Below are positions 8,134 to 17,701 of a DNA stretch of 64,000 bases, piece by piece; the stretch's first letter is position 1; every line of letters starts with the position of its first letter. The notes beneath the pieces are model-generated. The model had not been told where the DNA came from, made no database searches, and worked only from the letters and a program-made list of their open reading frames with translations. The DNA comes from Trichormus sp. ATA11-4-KO1. GTDB taxonomy: Bacteria; Cyanobacteriota; Cyanobacteriia; Cyanobacteriales; Nostocaceae. Position numbers and translations under genes: made by a program. Where the stretch lies: positions 1 through 64,000 of the forward strand of contig JAHHIM010000025.1 in assembly GCA_019358915.1 (NCBI GenBank). The letters run 5' to 3'.

Positions 8134-8496
8134 AAAACAAACCGCCAAGAAAAAAATCATAAATTTCTAACAAGGCATTAAAGCATCTAATCTCCCCAAA
8201 ACTGCCATATCTTCCGCATCTAAATCTACAGGAATCCCACTGCGAATTAATTCGGAAAAATCTTCATTGGGAACCATCACAGTTAAAGTGTATAAGCGGG
8301 TATTACCTATATTTTTAATTAAATGAGTGCCAGTGGGAGGTACTAACAAACTATCCCCGGCTTTAATTTGGACACTTTTACCATCACACATAGCTATGGC
8401 TTCTCCTTTGAGGACAAAAAACATTTCTACCGCCCATTGATGACGATTTGGCGGTGTTTGCCCACCTACATCAAAAATTTCGATGCAGCAAGTTAA
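8134..8496. repeat. Direct repeat copy B flanking the integron
   Basis: Matches 5159-5522. Confidence 0.95.
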
Positions 8497-8622
8497 AGAA
8501 GTATTAGCATTGATGGAATCAAAAATAATCGCCAACCGATTAGAATCATGTGGACTAATACGATATGTTTGATAATCTTTGGGAGACTTGATGACAGGAA
8601 TTACACATCTAGTAGCGTGCAT
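8167..8622 (-). CDS. Cupin domain protein (intact copy)
   Basis: GGQTPPNRHQWAVEMFFVLKGE and AGDSLLVPPTGTH.IKN cupin motifs. Confidence 0.9.
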   Translation of the reverse strand: MHATRCVIPVIKSPKDYQTYRISPHDSNRLAIIFDSINANTSLTCCIEIFDVGGQTPPNRHQWAVEMFFVLKGEAIAMCDGKSVQIKAGDSLLVPPTGTHLIKNIGNTRLYTLTVMVPNEDFSELIRSGIPVDLDAEDMAVLGRLDALMPC

Positions 8623-8664
8623 TTATTTATCCCCTTTCAATTGATAACTGTAAATACTCCCCAC

Positions 8665-9435
8665 TCAGGAAGGAAGCACTTTGAGAAAAGCTTGCGAGTC
8701 AGTCACAAAACCGAAACATTGCTTGACGTTATACAAAGTTGCTAGCCAACAATACTCAGGAGAGGTCGTAGCAGTACAATCTTTAACTAAAATGCAGTCA
8801 TAGCCTAAGAAGTTGGCATCACATAGCGTGGCCATCACACATTGGTCAGCATTGACACCCCCAAATAATAGTGTCGTTATTCCCAAGTTCCGCAGAATAC
8901 TATCTAAAGGCGTATCCCAAAACCCACTCATGCGGTATTTATCCACACGAATATCTTCCGGTAGCTGTTGGAGTTCGTCTACCGCCGCCGCCGCCCAACT
9001 ACCTGCCATGAGTACTTTAGCACCATTACTGGGCAAGGGATCGCCCAATCCCACCCCGTCGCCTGTGGGGTTGTACACGTGATGTAAACCAGCACTAATA
9101 TTTAATAAGTCGGGACGGTTGCCCCAGTTTAACCAAATTACAGGCACACCAGCTGCACGCAGTTCTGGAAGTAACCTGTTTAAAGGTTCGATGGGCTGAC
9201 GTGCTGGTGTGACATCCACGCCGATATGCGCTAACCAACCATCAGGGTGACAGAAGTCATTTTGCATATCAATGACGAGGATAGCGGTTTTTGCCAAGTC
9301 TAAACGCAGATTTTTGGTTTCTGTTGATAAGATAACGGGTTGTGGGGTCTTTTGAGGACGAGTGATATCTGCGATCGCCTGATTCACAGTCCACGCATTT
9401 GGTGCAACTCCCAATGTCCGAGAAGGTAGATTCAT
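8665..9435 (-). CDS. Cysteine hydrolase (isochorismatase family)
   Basis: VIDMQNDF, KYRMSGF, GVNADQCV give the D-K-C triad; start approximate. Confidence 0.9.
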   Translation of the reverse strand: MNLPSRTLGVAPNAWTVNQAIADITRPQKTPQPVILSTETKNLRLDLAKTAILVIDMQNDFCHPDGWLAHIGVDVTPARQPIEPLNRLLPELRAAGVPVIWLNWGNRPDLLNISAGLHHVYNPTGDGVGLGDPLPSNGAKVLMAGSWAAAAVDELQQLPEDIRVDKYRMSGFWDTPLDSILRNLGITTLLFGGVNADQCVMATLCDANFLGYDCILVKDCTATTSPEYCWLATLYNVKQCFGFVTDSQAFLKVLPS

Positions 9436-9518
9436 ACATGACAACACCCAAGACCATCTTTAAATTTGTAGCTTGAATTGTTACTGCGTGTTCGATAACT
9501 TAATCAAGGTTAAATATC

Positions 9519-9821
9519 GTGAATTTGACTAGCAAGACTGGGCAGCCGATGACTTCCCTAAAAATGTTTGAGATTTGGAAACAATCACGATCTAAAGGAG
9601 GCAAGTACAAGTACTCAGGCGTGGTTCAATCCTTGGCAGACGAAGAGAAATTAACTTACCTCAAACCTTACGCTACAAGGCACACGTTCGCTACTTGGGC
9701 AATAATTAGTAGTGGTATCAGTCCCGACAAGGTAGCGCTGTGGATTGGCGACACTGTAGAGACGGTTTTGAAATATTACTGCCATCCAGAAATAGTCAGC
9801 GCCGAGTGTCCAGACTTTTAG
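9519..9821 (+). pseudogene. C-terminal remnant of a tyrosine recombinase
   Basis: KPYATRHTFATWA...VALWIGD...VLKYY box II-like motif; no N-terminal domains. Confidence 0.8.
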
Positions 9822-9893
9822 TTTTGCTACTCATTTTTTCTACTCAAAACGGTAGTCTTAGAGTGGTGGTTTGAGTCACTTCCAGACATTCTT

Positions 9894-12119
9894 ATGTTAC
9901 CTAAACCCAAGAAATATTGGACACCCCAGCATTGGGCTAGTTGGAAACCATTTGGCGTTGGCGAACAGTACCCCAACAACTATTGGGAAGTGCTACGGGC
10001 AATTTGGCTATCTCGTGACCAGCTGCCCTATGCGTGGAATATCCTGAATCAGGGTGTTTGTGATGGTTGCGCCCTGGGAACTACTGGCATGAAAGATTGG
10101 ACGTTAGATGGCATTCATCTATGTAATGTACGGCTGCGGTTGTTGCGGATGAATACTATGCCAGCTTTTGAACCTGGGTTACTAGAGGATGTCTCCCAGT
10201 TGCAAAAGCAAAAAAGCGCCCAGTTACGTGACTTAGGACGACTGGCTTACCCGATGATGCGTCAACGAGGAGACAAAGGTTTTCATTGTGTGAGCTGGGA
10301 TGAAGCTTTACAAGTAATTAGCGATCGCATCTCCTCTACTACACCAAATCGCCTCAGTTTCTACATTACTAGTCGCGGCACTGTGAACGAAACATATTAT
10401 GCTACCCAAAAAGCTGTGCGGGCAATGGGAAGTAATAATATTGATAATGCTGCTCGGATTTGTCATTCTCCTAGCACAGCTGGACTCAAAGCTACCCTCG
10501 GTGTCGGGGCTACCACTTGTGCTTATAAAGACTGGATTGGTACGGATTTATTAGTATTTATTGGCTCTAACGTTGCCAACAATCAACCTGTTACCGTCAA
10601 GTATCTCCACTACGCTAAGAAAGCTGGTACCAAGATTGTGGTAATTAATACTTACCGCGAACCAGGAATGGAGCGATATTGGGTACCTTCAATTCCCGAA
10701 AGTGCGCTGTTTGGGACTAAATTTGCCGAAGATTTCTTTTTGGTGAATTTGGGTGGAGATATGGCATTTTTGAATGGCACAATCAAATATATGATTGCTA
10801 ACGACTGGATAGACCAGTCATTTATTGCAAATTACACAGCAGGCTTTACAGAACTACAAGCTGAGTTAGAAAATCAATCTTGGGAAGAATTAGAGCGAAT
10901 TTCTGGCGCATCCCGTGAGCAAATGTATGCCTTTGCCAAAATGGTTGGAGAAGCCAACAAAGCTGTATTTGTGTGGAGTATGGGCATTACCCAGCATGAA
11001 TGTGGCGAAGATAATGTACGCAGTATCATCAACCTAGCACTCACCAAAGGTTTTGTTGGGCGGGAAGGTTGCGGTTTAATGCCAATTCGTGGTCACTCTG
11101 GGGTACAAGGTGGGGCAGAAATGGGATGTTACGCTACTGTTTTCCCTGGTGGTCAGCCCATCACCCCAGAAAATGCTGCCCAGTTCAGCCAGGTTTGGGG
11201 TTGGGAAGTACCTGAAAGTCCAGGTTTAATTGCCCCAGAAATGATTGATGCAGCCGATCAAGGGCAGTTAGATTTGTTGTTTTCCGTAGGTGGTAATTTC
11301 TTAGAAGTACTGCCAGAACCAGATTTTGTAGAAAATGCCCTGAAGCGGATACCGTTGCGGGTGCATATGGATATTGTTCTTTCTAGCCAAATGTTGGTGG
11401 AACCTGCTGACACAGTGGTGCTGTTACCTGCGACTACTCGCTACGAAGTACCAGGGGGAGTCACACAAACCAATACCGAACGCCGAGTAATTTTCAGTCC
11501 AGAGATTCCGAGGCCACGGGTGGGAGAGGCGCGTCCAGAATGGGAAGTATTTATGGAATTAGCAAGACGAGTCCGACCAGATTTAGCAGACAAGCTGACT
11601 TTTACTGATACATCTGCCATCCGAGAAGAAATTGCTCAAGTCGTCCCACAATACGCGGGGATTCAACACTTGCAGCAGGCTGGTGACCAGTTTCAGTATG
11701 GCGGGTCACATTTGTGCTTTGGTTGGCGCTTCCCCACACCCGATGGCAAGGCTCATTTTACTTCACTTTCTCCCGCCCACAGAGAATTACCAGATGGGTA
11801 TTTTTTCGTAGCCACACGCCGGGGCAAGCAATTTAATAGTATGGTGCAGGAGTGCAAAGATGCTATTACTGGAGCAGTGCGTGATGCTGTACTAATGAAT
11901 GCTGGGGATGCAGCAAAGTTGGGCTTAAAAAATGGTGATGTAGTAATTCTTAAAAATGAGTTAGGCAAGTTACACGGGCAAGTATATATTGTGCCTATTC
12001 AGTCAAGTAATTTACAAGTGCATTGGCCAGAAGGTAATGTACTACTAGATAAAAGCAAGCGATCGCTTGAAGGTGTGCCCGATTATAACGCCGTAGTACA
12101 CCTAGAAAAACAAAGTTAA
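9894..12119 (+). CDS. FdhF/YdeP family molybdopterin oxidoreductase
   Basis: CDGCALG, FYITSR, NNIDNAARICHSPS, PIRGHSGVQG, TRRGKQFNS. Confidence 0.92.
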   Translation: MLPKPKKYWTPQHWASWKPFGVGEQYPNNYWEVLRAIWLSRDQLPYAWNILNQGVCDGCALGTTGMKDWTLDGIHLCNVRLRLLRMNTMPAFEPGLLEDVSQLQKQKSAQLRDLGRLAYPMMRQRGDKGFHCVSWDEALQVISDRISSTTPNRLSFYITSRGTVNETYYATQKAVRAMGSNNIDNAARICHSPSTAGLKATLGVGATTCAYKDWIGTDLLVFIGSNVANNQPVTVKYLHYAKKAGTKIVVINTYREPGMERYWVPSIPESALFGTKFAEDFFLVNLGGDMAFLNGTIKYMIANDWIDQSFIANYTAGFTELQAELENQSWEELERISGASREQMYAFAKMVGEANKAVFVWSMGITQHECGEDNVRSIINLALTKGFVGREGCGLMPIRGHSGVQGGAEMGCYATVFPGGQPITPENAAQFSQVWGWEVPESPGLIAPEMIDAADQGQLDLLFSVGGNFLEVLPEPDFVENALKRIPLRVHMDIVLSSQMLVEPADTVVLLPATTRYEVPGGVTQTNTERRVIFSPEIPRPRVGEARPEWEVFMELARRVRPDLADKLTFTDTSAIREEIAQVVPQYAGIQHLQQAGDQFQYGGSHLCFGWRFPTPDGKAHFTSLSPAHRELPDGYFFVATRRGKQFNSMVQECKDAITGAVRDAVLMNAGDAAKLGLKNGDVVILKNELGKLHGQVYIVPIQSSNLQVHWPEGNVLLDKSKRSLEGVPDYNAVVHLEKQS

Positions 12120-12132
12120 TAGAAGATTAAGT

Positions 12133-12921
12133 ATGTTAGGAGCGATCGCAGGTGACATTATTGGTTCAGTATATGAAGGCAAAAATTTCAAAACGAAAGA
12201 TTTTCCACTTTTTAATCGCGAATGCCGCTTTACTGACGATACAGTTTTGACTGTCGCCGTTGCCGATGTCATTTTAAACAATGGCAAGTCACTGGAAAGT
12301 AGTCAATACATCGACCACTTCAAGTCGTACTACCGCCGCTATCCTTATGCTGGTTACGGACGTAATTTTAGAGAATGGGCCAACTCTAGCAGCCGCCAAC
12401 CTTATAACAGTCTGGGTAACGGTGCAGCCATGCGAGTTAGTCCCATTGGATTTGTCTTTAATGATTTAGATACCGTAATCCGAGAAGCCCAGCGTAGTGC
12501 AGAGGTTACCCATAACCATCCTGAAGGGATCAAAGGCGCTCAAGCAACTGCTGCTGCCATTTTTCTCGCACGTACAGGTCATGATCAAGCCAAGATTAAA
12601 TCTTACATTCAAAGTACTTTTGGCTATGATTTAGAGCGAACCTTGAACCAAATTCGACCAACCTATCAATACGATCCTACCTGTCAAGGTTCTGTGCCCC
12701 AGGCAATCATTGCTTTTTTGGAATCCACTAATTTTGAAGATGCTATCCGTAATGCTGTGTCAATTGGTGGTGACAGCGACACCATTGCTTGTATTACAGG
12801 TGGTATAGCCCAAGCATTTTACGGTGGCGTACCCAGTGCGATCGCTAAATTGGCTTTATCTCATTTAAATGAACATTTGTGTACTGTGACCGAAACTTTT
12901 ATGTTTCAGTACTGTGATTGA
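12133..12921 (+). CDS. ADP-ribosylglycohydrolase family protein
   Basis: GAIAGDIIGS, FTDDT, SLGNGAAMRVSP, GGDSDT. Confidence 0.93.
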   Translation: MLGAIAGDIIGSVYEGKNFKTKDFPLFNRECRFTDDTVLTVAVADVILNNGKSLESSQYIDHFKSYYRRYPYAGYGRNFREWANSSSRQPYNSLGNGAAMRVSPIGFVFNDLDTVIREAQRSAEVTHNHPEGIKGAQATAAAIFLARTGHDQAKIKSYIQSTFGYDLERTLNQIRPTYQYDPTCQGSVPQAIIAFLESTNFEDAIRNAVSIGGDSDTIACITGGIAQAFYGGVPSAIAKLALSHLNEHLCTVTETFMFQYCD

Positions 12922-12962
12922 CCTGATTAGCCGCTTCTTCCACCCTGTACACCCTGGTTTTT

Positions 12963-13196
12963 TTAAGAAAACTTTTCCCAGGATTGAGTCAGCAATTGAC
13001 TCAGCCAGCGTCGTTGCTGCTGATCCAGTACAGGGTCATCAGCTAATACTTGAGCGGTTAATTCCTCCAAGGATTGACCCTGAGAACGCACAAGTTTAAT
13101 AACTCCAGCAATTGCTGAGGCTACGAGTTCTTCATCAACTGGCTGTTGTCTCAAGGCAAAAATTTCCTGGGGACTGTCTGGGATGGGATAATTCAT
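12963..13196 (-). CDS. Small hypothetical protein
   Basis: 77 aa ORF with ATG start and protein-like composition, fills the gap between genes. Confidence 0.7.
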   Translation of the reverse strand: MNYPIPDSPQEIFALRQQPVDEELVASAIAGVIKLVRSQGQSLEELTAQVLADDPVLDQQQRRWLSQLLTQSWEKFS

Positions 13197-13357
13197 GGCG
13201 TGGTCTTAAAAAAAATAAAAATGAACAATAGACTTTGACAAACTATTAAAAACTCTTTACTGAATCTTTATTGAACTAATAGGGCGGAGTTTAGCGTATT
13301 TTCTGCCTTTTTAAAATCTGTCTTAGTGAATAGATTTATCGGAGATGTCAGCAAAAA

Positions 13358-15493
13358 ATGATGAAAGAAATACTTTATCTAGAAGTTCCGACTCCAAATA
13401 TTGCGGCTGTACGTAGTTGGCTGCAAGTAGATTTTCAACCAGGACATGGGGAAAAAATCCTCACCTCGGATGGCTTTCGTTGGCAAATGTCGGCTGAGAC
13501 TACAAATGCTAGTGCGGCGATTCCCGAAAAATTACCGGCTGAACTTTCTGTATTTGTTTGGTCAGTGCAGCGAACTACTTACCTAAAAGTGTTCCGTTGG
13601 GCAGACAAGCCCCTTCCTGGAGAAAAGCAAATCCTGCAACGCCTAAGGATGGAAATTAGACAGCAATTTCCCCATAACTACCCTGAACCTCCAGCCATTG
13701 ATTCCCAGCAATCGATTTTTGAGGCATTAGCGTCATATTACCCTCTCACCGTTAAATATTTTCAGCAAATGCCCAATGGGGAATATGACCTCAAGCGTGC
13801 CTACTGGTGGGAGCAAAAATGGCGCGAAGGGGTGCGGAATCCTCGGCAGCCAAAGCAGGTAGTGTTTTTGCAAAGCAGGGGAGCAGGGGAGCAGGGGAGC
13901 AGGAGAGCGGGGGAGAATAGCCTTCCAACTCTCTCCCCCACCTACGACCTCATCTACATCGGCGGAGCCTTAGGGGTGATCCATGCGGCTGTCATGGCCA
14001 AGGTGGGATATAAGGTGCTGCTGGTAGAGCGAATGCCTTTTGGACGAATGAATCGAGAATGGAATATTTCCCGTGATGAACTCCAAAGCATAATTAACTT
14101 GGGTTTGGTCACAGTAGCCGAATTAGAAACCGTGATTGTCCGGGAGTACAAAGATGGATTTAATAAGTTTTTTGATGGCAATAATCCAGACAAATTGCGA
14201 TCGCCTATTTTGCACACACCCACAGTGTTAAATTTAGCCTTAGACTCGGAAAAATGGTTGCAAATGTGCGGGCAAAAGCTGCGGGATGCAGGCGGTGAAA
14301 TCTGGGATGAAACAGAGTTTATGCGTGCGGATGTTGATAAATCACAAGTTGTGATTACAGTCAAGCATTTACCTAGTCAAAATGAGCAGCAAGTAAGTGG
14401 GCGACTGTTAGTAGACGCCATGGGAACTGCTTCCCCAATTGCCTGGCAGTTAAATGGTGGTCGTGCCTTTGATAGTGTTTGTCCGACGGTGGGAGCGGTC
14501 ATTGCAGGAGGATTTGAACCGGGAGTCTGGGATTCTCAATATGGAGATGTGCTTTATAGTCACGGAGATATTTCCCGGGGAAGACAGTTGATTTGGGAAT
14601 TATTTCCCGGAATGGGTGAAGAACTGACGATTTATTTATTTCATTACCACGAAGTTAATCCCGAAAATCCTGGTTCTTTGCTGGAAATGTACGAAGACTT
14701 TTTCACAATTTTGCCAGAATATCGCCGTTGTGATTTAGACAAGCTGGTATGGAAAAAGCCGACATTTGGCTATATTCCCGGGCATTTTAGTGTGGGGAGT
14801 AGCGATCGCACCGTTGCTTTTGATAGATTAATTGCCATCGGAGATGCCGCATCTCTCCAGTCTCCCCTGGTTTTCACTGGTTTTGGTTCCTTGGTGCGGA
14901 ACTTGGAGCGCTTAACAGTACTTTTAGATACTGCTCTCAAGCATGATTTACTCAGTTTCCGTAACTTAAATAGAATTCGCGCTTACCAAAGTAATGTTTC
15001 CGTAACTTGGTTATTTTCTAAAGGTATGATGGTACCGACGGGGAAATTCTTACCACCCCAAAGGATTAACTCCATGCTCAATACCTTCTTTGGGTTATTA
15101 GCAGACGAACCCCCAGAAGTAGCAGATAACTTCATCAAGGATAGATGTGATTGGTTAACTTTTAATCGTTTAGCCCTGAAAGCAGCTCGCAAAAATCCTG
15201 CCTTGCTGTTGTGGATTTGGGAACTAGCTGGGTTTAGAGATTTGGTCAGGTGGCTGGGAAATTATGTTAATTTCGGTCTTCATTCCTTAGTCAGTGCTTT
15301 ACTGAGTGCATGGTTACCGCGCTTCTTGGTGCAAAGCCAACCTTGGCTAGAACCACGCTACCCAGCATTGTGGTTAAGGCTGCTGGTGATTAACTACGCT
15401 ATCACCACTGGTAAGCTGCGATCGCACCATCAAATCACACAAGTCAACCCAGAAGCGATCGTGCGAAAATCAGAGGCGAGAATTCTCAATTAA
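13358..15493 (+). CDS. cruA: Flavin-dependent enzyme, CruA-type lycopene cyclase-like
   Basis: YDLIYIGGALG, REWNISRDEL, DAMGTASPI, IGDAASLQSPLVFTGFG; length fits CruA rather than CruP. Confidence 0.7.
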   Translation: MMKEILYLEVPTPNIAAVRSWLQVDFQPGHGEKILTSDGFRWQMSAETTNASAAIPEKLPAELSVFVWSVQRTTYLKVFRWADKPLPGEKQILQRLRMEIRQQFPHNYPEPPAIDSQQSIFEALASYYPLTVKYFQQMPNGEYDLKRAYWWEQKWREGVRNPRQPKQVVFLQSRGAGEQGSRRAGENSLPTLSPTYDLIYIGGALGVIHAAVMAKVGYKVLLVERMPFGRMNREWNISRDELQSIINLGLVTVAELETVIVREYKDGFNKFFDGNNPDKLRSPILHTPTVLNLALDSEKWLQMCGQKLRDAGGEIWDETEFMRADVDKSQVVITVKHLPSQNEQQVSGRLLVDAMGTASPIAWQLNGGRAFDSVCPTVGAVIAGGFEPGVWDSQYGDVLYSHGDISRGRQLIWELFPGMGEELTIYLFHYHEVNPENPGSLLEMYEDFFTILPEYRRCDLDKLVWKKPTFGYIPGHFSVGSSDRTVAFDRLIAIGDAASLQSPLVFTGFGSLVRNLERLTVLLDTALKHDLLSFRNLNRIRAYQSNVSVTWLFSKGMMVPTGKFLPPQRINSMLNTFFGLLADEPPEVADNFIKDRCDWLTFNRLALKAARKNPALLLWIWELAGFRDLVRWLGNYVNFGLHSLVSALLSAWLPRFLVQSQPWLEPRYPALWLRLLVINYAITTGKLRSHHQITQVNPEAIVRKSEARILN
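13874..13913 (+). repeat. Octamer tandem repeat (AGCAGGGG)x5 inside the CDS
   Basis: 3 perfect and 2 degenerate units encoding SRGAGEQGSRRAG. Confidence 0.85.
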
Positions 15494-15555
15494 TCAAAAG
15501 TTCATTACTCAGTGCTGAGTACTTTCTTCCTCTTCTTCTGACTCAGCACTCTTGA

Positions 15556-17097
15556 CTATTGATTATTGGGGCGAAAATTCGGCAGTTCTACAGATGACAA
15601 CGACTTGCGCCCTTTAGGTGGACGCTGAGGATAAACTACTGGTGAAGGTGATTGCATATCGTTGGTGTAATCATTAAATGATTCTTGGGGTAAATCAGTA
15701 GTCGATGATTCTTCCTCATGTTTATCTGCTTCTATGGCTACGTCTATGGTTTCGCCACGCACACTATCAGCATTAGCTTCGGTGAGAGGGAAGGTGAATG
15801 ATGCTGGTGAAGGTGTAGAATCTGCCCCCAAAGAAGAATTTATTGCTTCTGCATATGGCTGTTCTGGTAAAGTTTCTGGTTGCTCATCATCTTCAAGGGT
15901 TTTGGCTCTAGTTTCCCAAAAAGGCGTATCAGTTTGATTTGTGTTGATATTGGTTTCGGTTGCAGGTGGTGATCCAGATACAGGCTGAGGGGTAAAAAAC
16001 AGTTGGATGAGACTATCTAGTTGCTCATCTAGGTTTGATGATCCCGTAGAGGAAACGGTTTCTGGTTTAGTGAAAAAATCATCAATTTCTGAGGACGCAG
16101 CTGGTTGTGAAGGACTGGAAGTGTCTTCCTTAACTGGCCAGTTCCAAGGAGATGATGGATTAGGAGCAGGATGATGGCTTTTGTATGGGGGTGATGTGGA
16201 AGATTGACCCTGAGGATAATTGAGTCTATCGATAAAAGATTCTGGTTCTGCTGACCAAGGTCTAATTGGCTGCACGTTAGGAAATAAAGACCGAGCCTTT
16301 CTAGAAAATCTTGTTTGGTGGTTGGTAGTGTCGTCTGAGGAGTTATTCGGAGCTGGTGTCTCTAGGCATTTTTCTAAAGCCGCTTTGAATTGTAAAGTCT
16401 GGCGTTGTTGGCGCATCAGCCTAGTACGTAACTCCCGACAAGTATTTTCTGATTGCAATGCCTGCTGAGACTGTTCGTTATAGTTAGTTTGCAGTAACGC
16501 ACATTCTCGCTCTAACTGAGCCAGGCGCTGTTGGCTAATTTCGAGTTGTGCTTTGTAAGTTTCAATAAAGTTTTCTTGGCGTTGAACTGTTTGTACAGCA
16601 GTTTCTAACTCTTGGAATAGAGATTTAATTTGTTCTTGGGCTGCGGCTAGTTCCTGAGTTTGTTGGTTAAGCATTGACTCGGTAACACTGGAGCGTCTTT
16701 TTTGCCACTGCAAAGCTTTTTCCGATTCAGCTAGGTCATCTTTGAGATGCTCCACCTGCTCATACAATTCATTGTTAGCAGCACGCAATTCTTCATTCAA
16801 TGCCAGTAGCTGCTTAAATTCAGCATCAATCAGTTTTTGTTGTTCGCTATTAGGCTCTACAACCCAGTCCTGCTGAGTAGTATTTTGTGGGGAATTAGGA
16901 GTTTGCACCTCTGGCTGTTGATTTGGCGCTGGCTTGAGGAGTGGTAATTGCGTATTTACCATATTTTCAGGAGGCACAACTGAGTAAAAGGGACAGCTAG
17001 GCTGCTCCGGTTGTAGCGAATTGTCAGAATTTAAGGATTCCATCACAGCCCTGTTGTTTGAGGTGTCAGGTTCATTCATCACTCTTGACCCACTCAC
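15556..17097 (-). CDS. Hypothetical coiled-coil protein with low-complexity termini
   Basis: Long Q/E/L heptad region; C-terminal SPSPVVYP...SVELPNF; start uncertain. Confidence 0.8.
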   Translation of the reverse strand: MSGSRVMNEPDTSNNRAVMESLNSDNSLQPEQPSCPFYSVVPPENMVNTQLPLLKPAPNQQPEVQTPNSPQNTTQQDWVVEPNSEQQKLIDAEFKQLLALNEELRAANNELYEQVEHLKDDLAESEKALQWQKRRSSVTESMLNQQTQELAAAQEQIKSLFQELETAVQTVQRQENFIETYKAQLEISQQRLAQLERECALLQTNYNEQSQQALQSENTCRELRTRLMRQQRQTLQFKAALEKCLETPAPNNSSDDTTNHQTRFSRKARSLFPNVQPIRPWSAEPESFIDRLNYPQGQSSTSPPYKSHHPAPNPSSPWNWPVKEDTSSPSQPAASSEIDDFFTKPETVSSTGSSNLDEQLDSLIQLFFTPQPVSGSPPATETNINTNQTDTPFWETRAKTLEDDEQPETLPEQPYAEAINSSLGADSTPSPASFTFPLTEANADSVRGETIDVAIEADKHEEESSTTDLPQESFNDYTNDMQSPSPVVYPQRPPKGRKSLSSVELPNFRPNNQ

Positions 17098-17479
17098 TTA
17101 ATTGCTAGGGTTAGCATTGCTGAACAATTGCATCAGATCAGGGTTTACTCTAGAAGCCAAGTCGGACTTTCCCCAAGCATGAGTGATTAGTCATGAGTCA
17201 GTGTTCCCCTTTTTGCATCTAGAACTGATGCCGTTATAACATTATGAGCTTATCCCTCGTCAACCTTCGGAATCAAGGGGTATCTTAGTTTAAATGCTAC
17301 CAATATACGGGCTTGATTACAGATACCGAAGCAGATTTTATCCTAACTTGGCTTTGTTAAACTCATTCTGCCTCTACAACTGTTAACTTGAGAAATCAAG
17401 TTTCAGCTCAATCACGAGTGTAATCGCAACATGCATTATTAACACAACGCCTCAGAAAAAAAAGTAAATTTGGTTTGTA

Positions 17480-17671
17480 TTAACTAGCTTGTTGTCCGAA
17501 CCGTCTTTGTAATTCAGCCTCCACTTCCTCGATTGTCATAGAAACAGGATTTGGAGATGCAGCGCGTCTTCTATCGATGTAAATATGGAATGCTTCATCG
17601 TCGTTACGGTGCGCCAAAATATAGGATTTTAGCTGCTCTAAAGGCATTTCTTGAAAGTTAGGTTTTGTCAT
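17480..17671 (-). CDS. Small protein, DUF6887-like
   Basis: MTKPNFQEM..EQLKSYILAHRNDDEAF pattern; family recalled, not searched. Confidence 0.65.
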   Translation of the reverse strand: MTKPNFQEMPLEQLKSYILAHRNDDEAFHIYIDRRRAASPNPVSMTIEEVEAELQRRFGQQAS

Positions 17672-17701
17672 AGCCAAAAAACTTCTCCACCCAGCGCTTC
17701 C

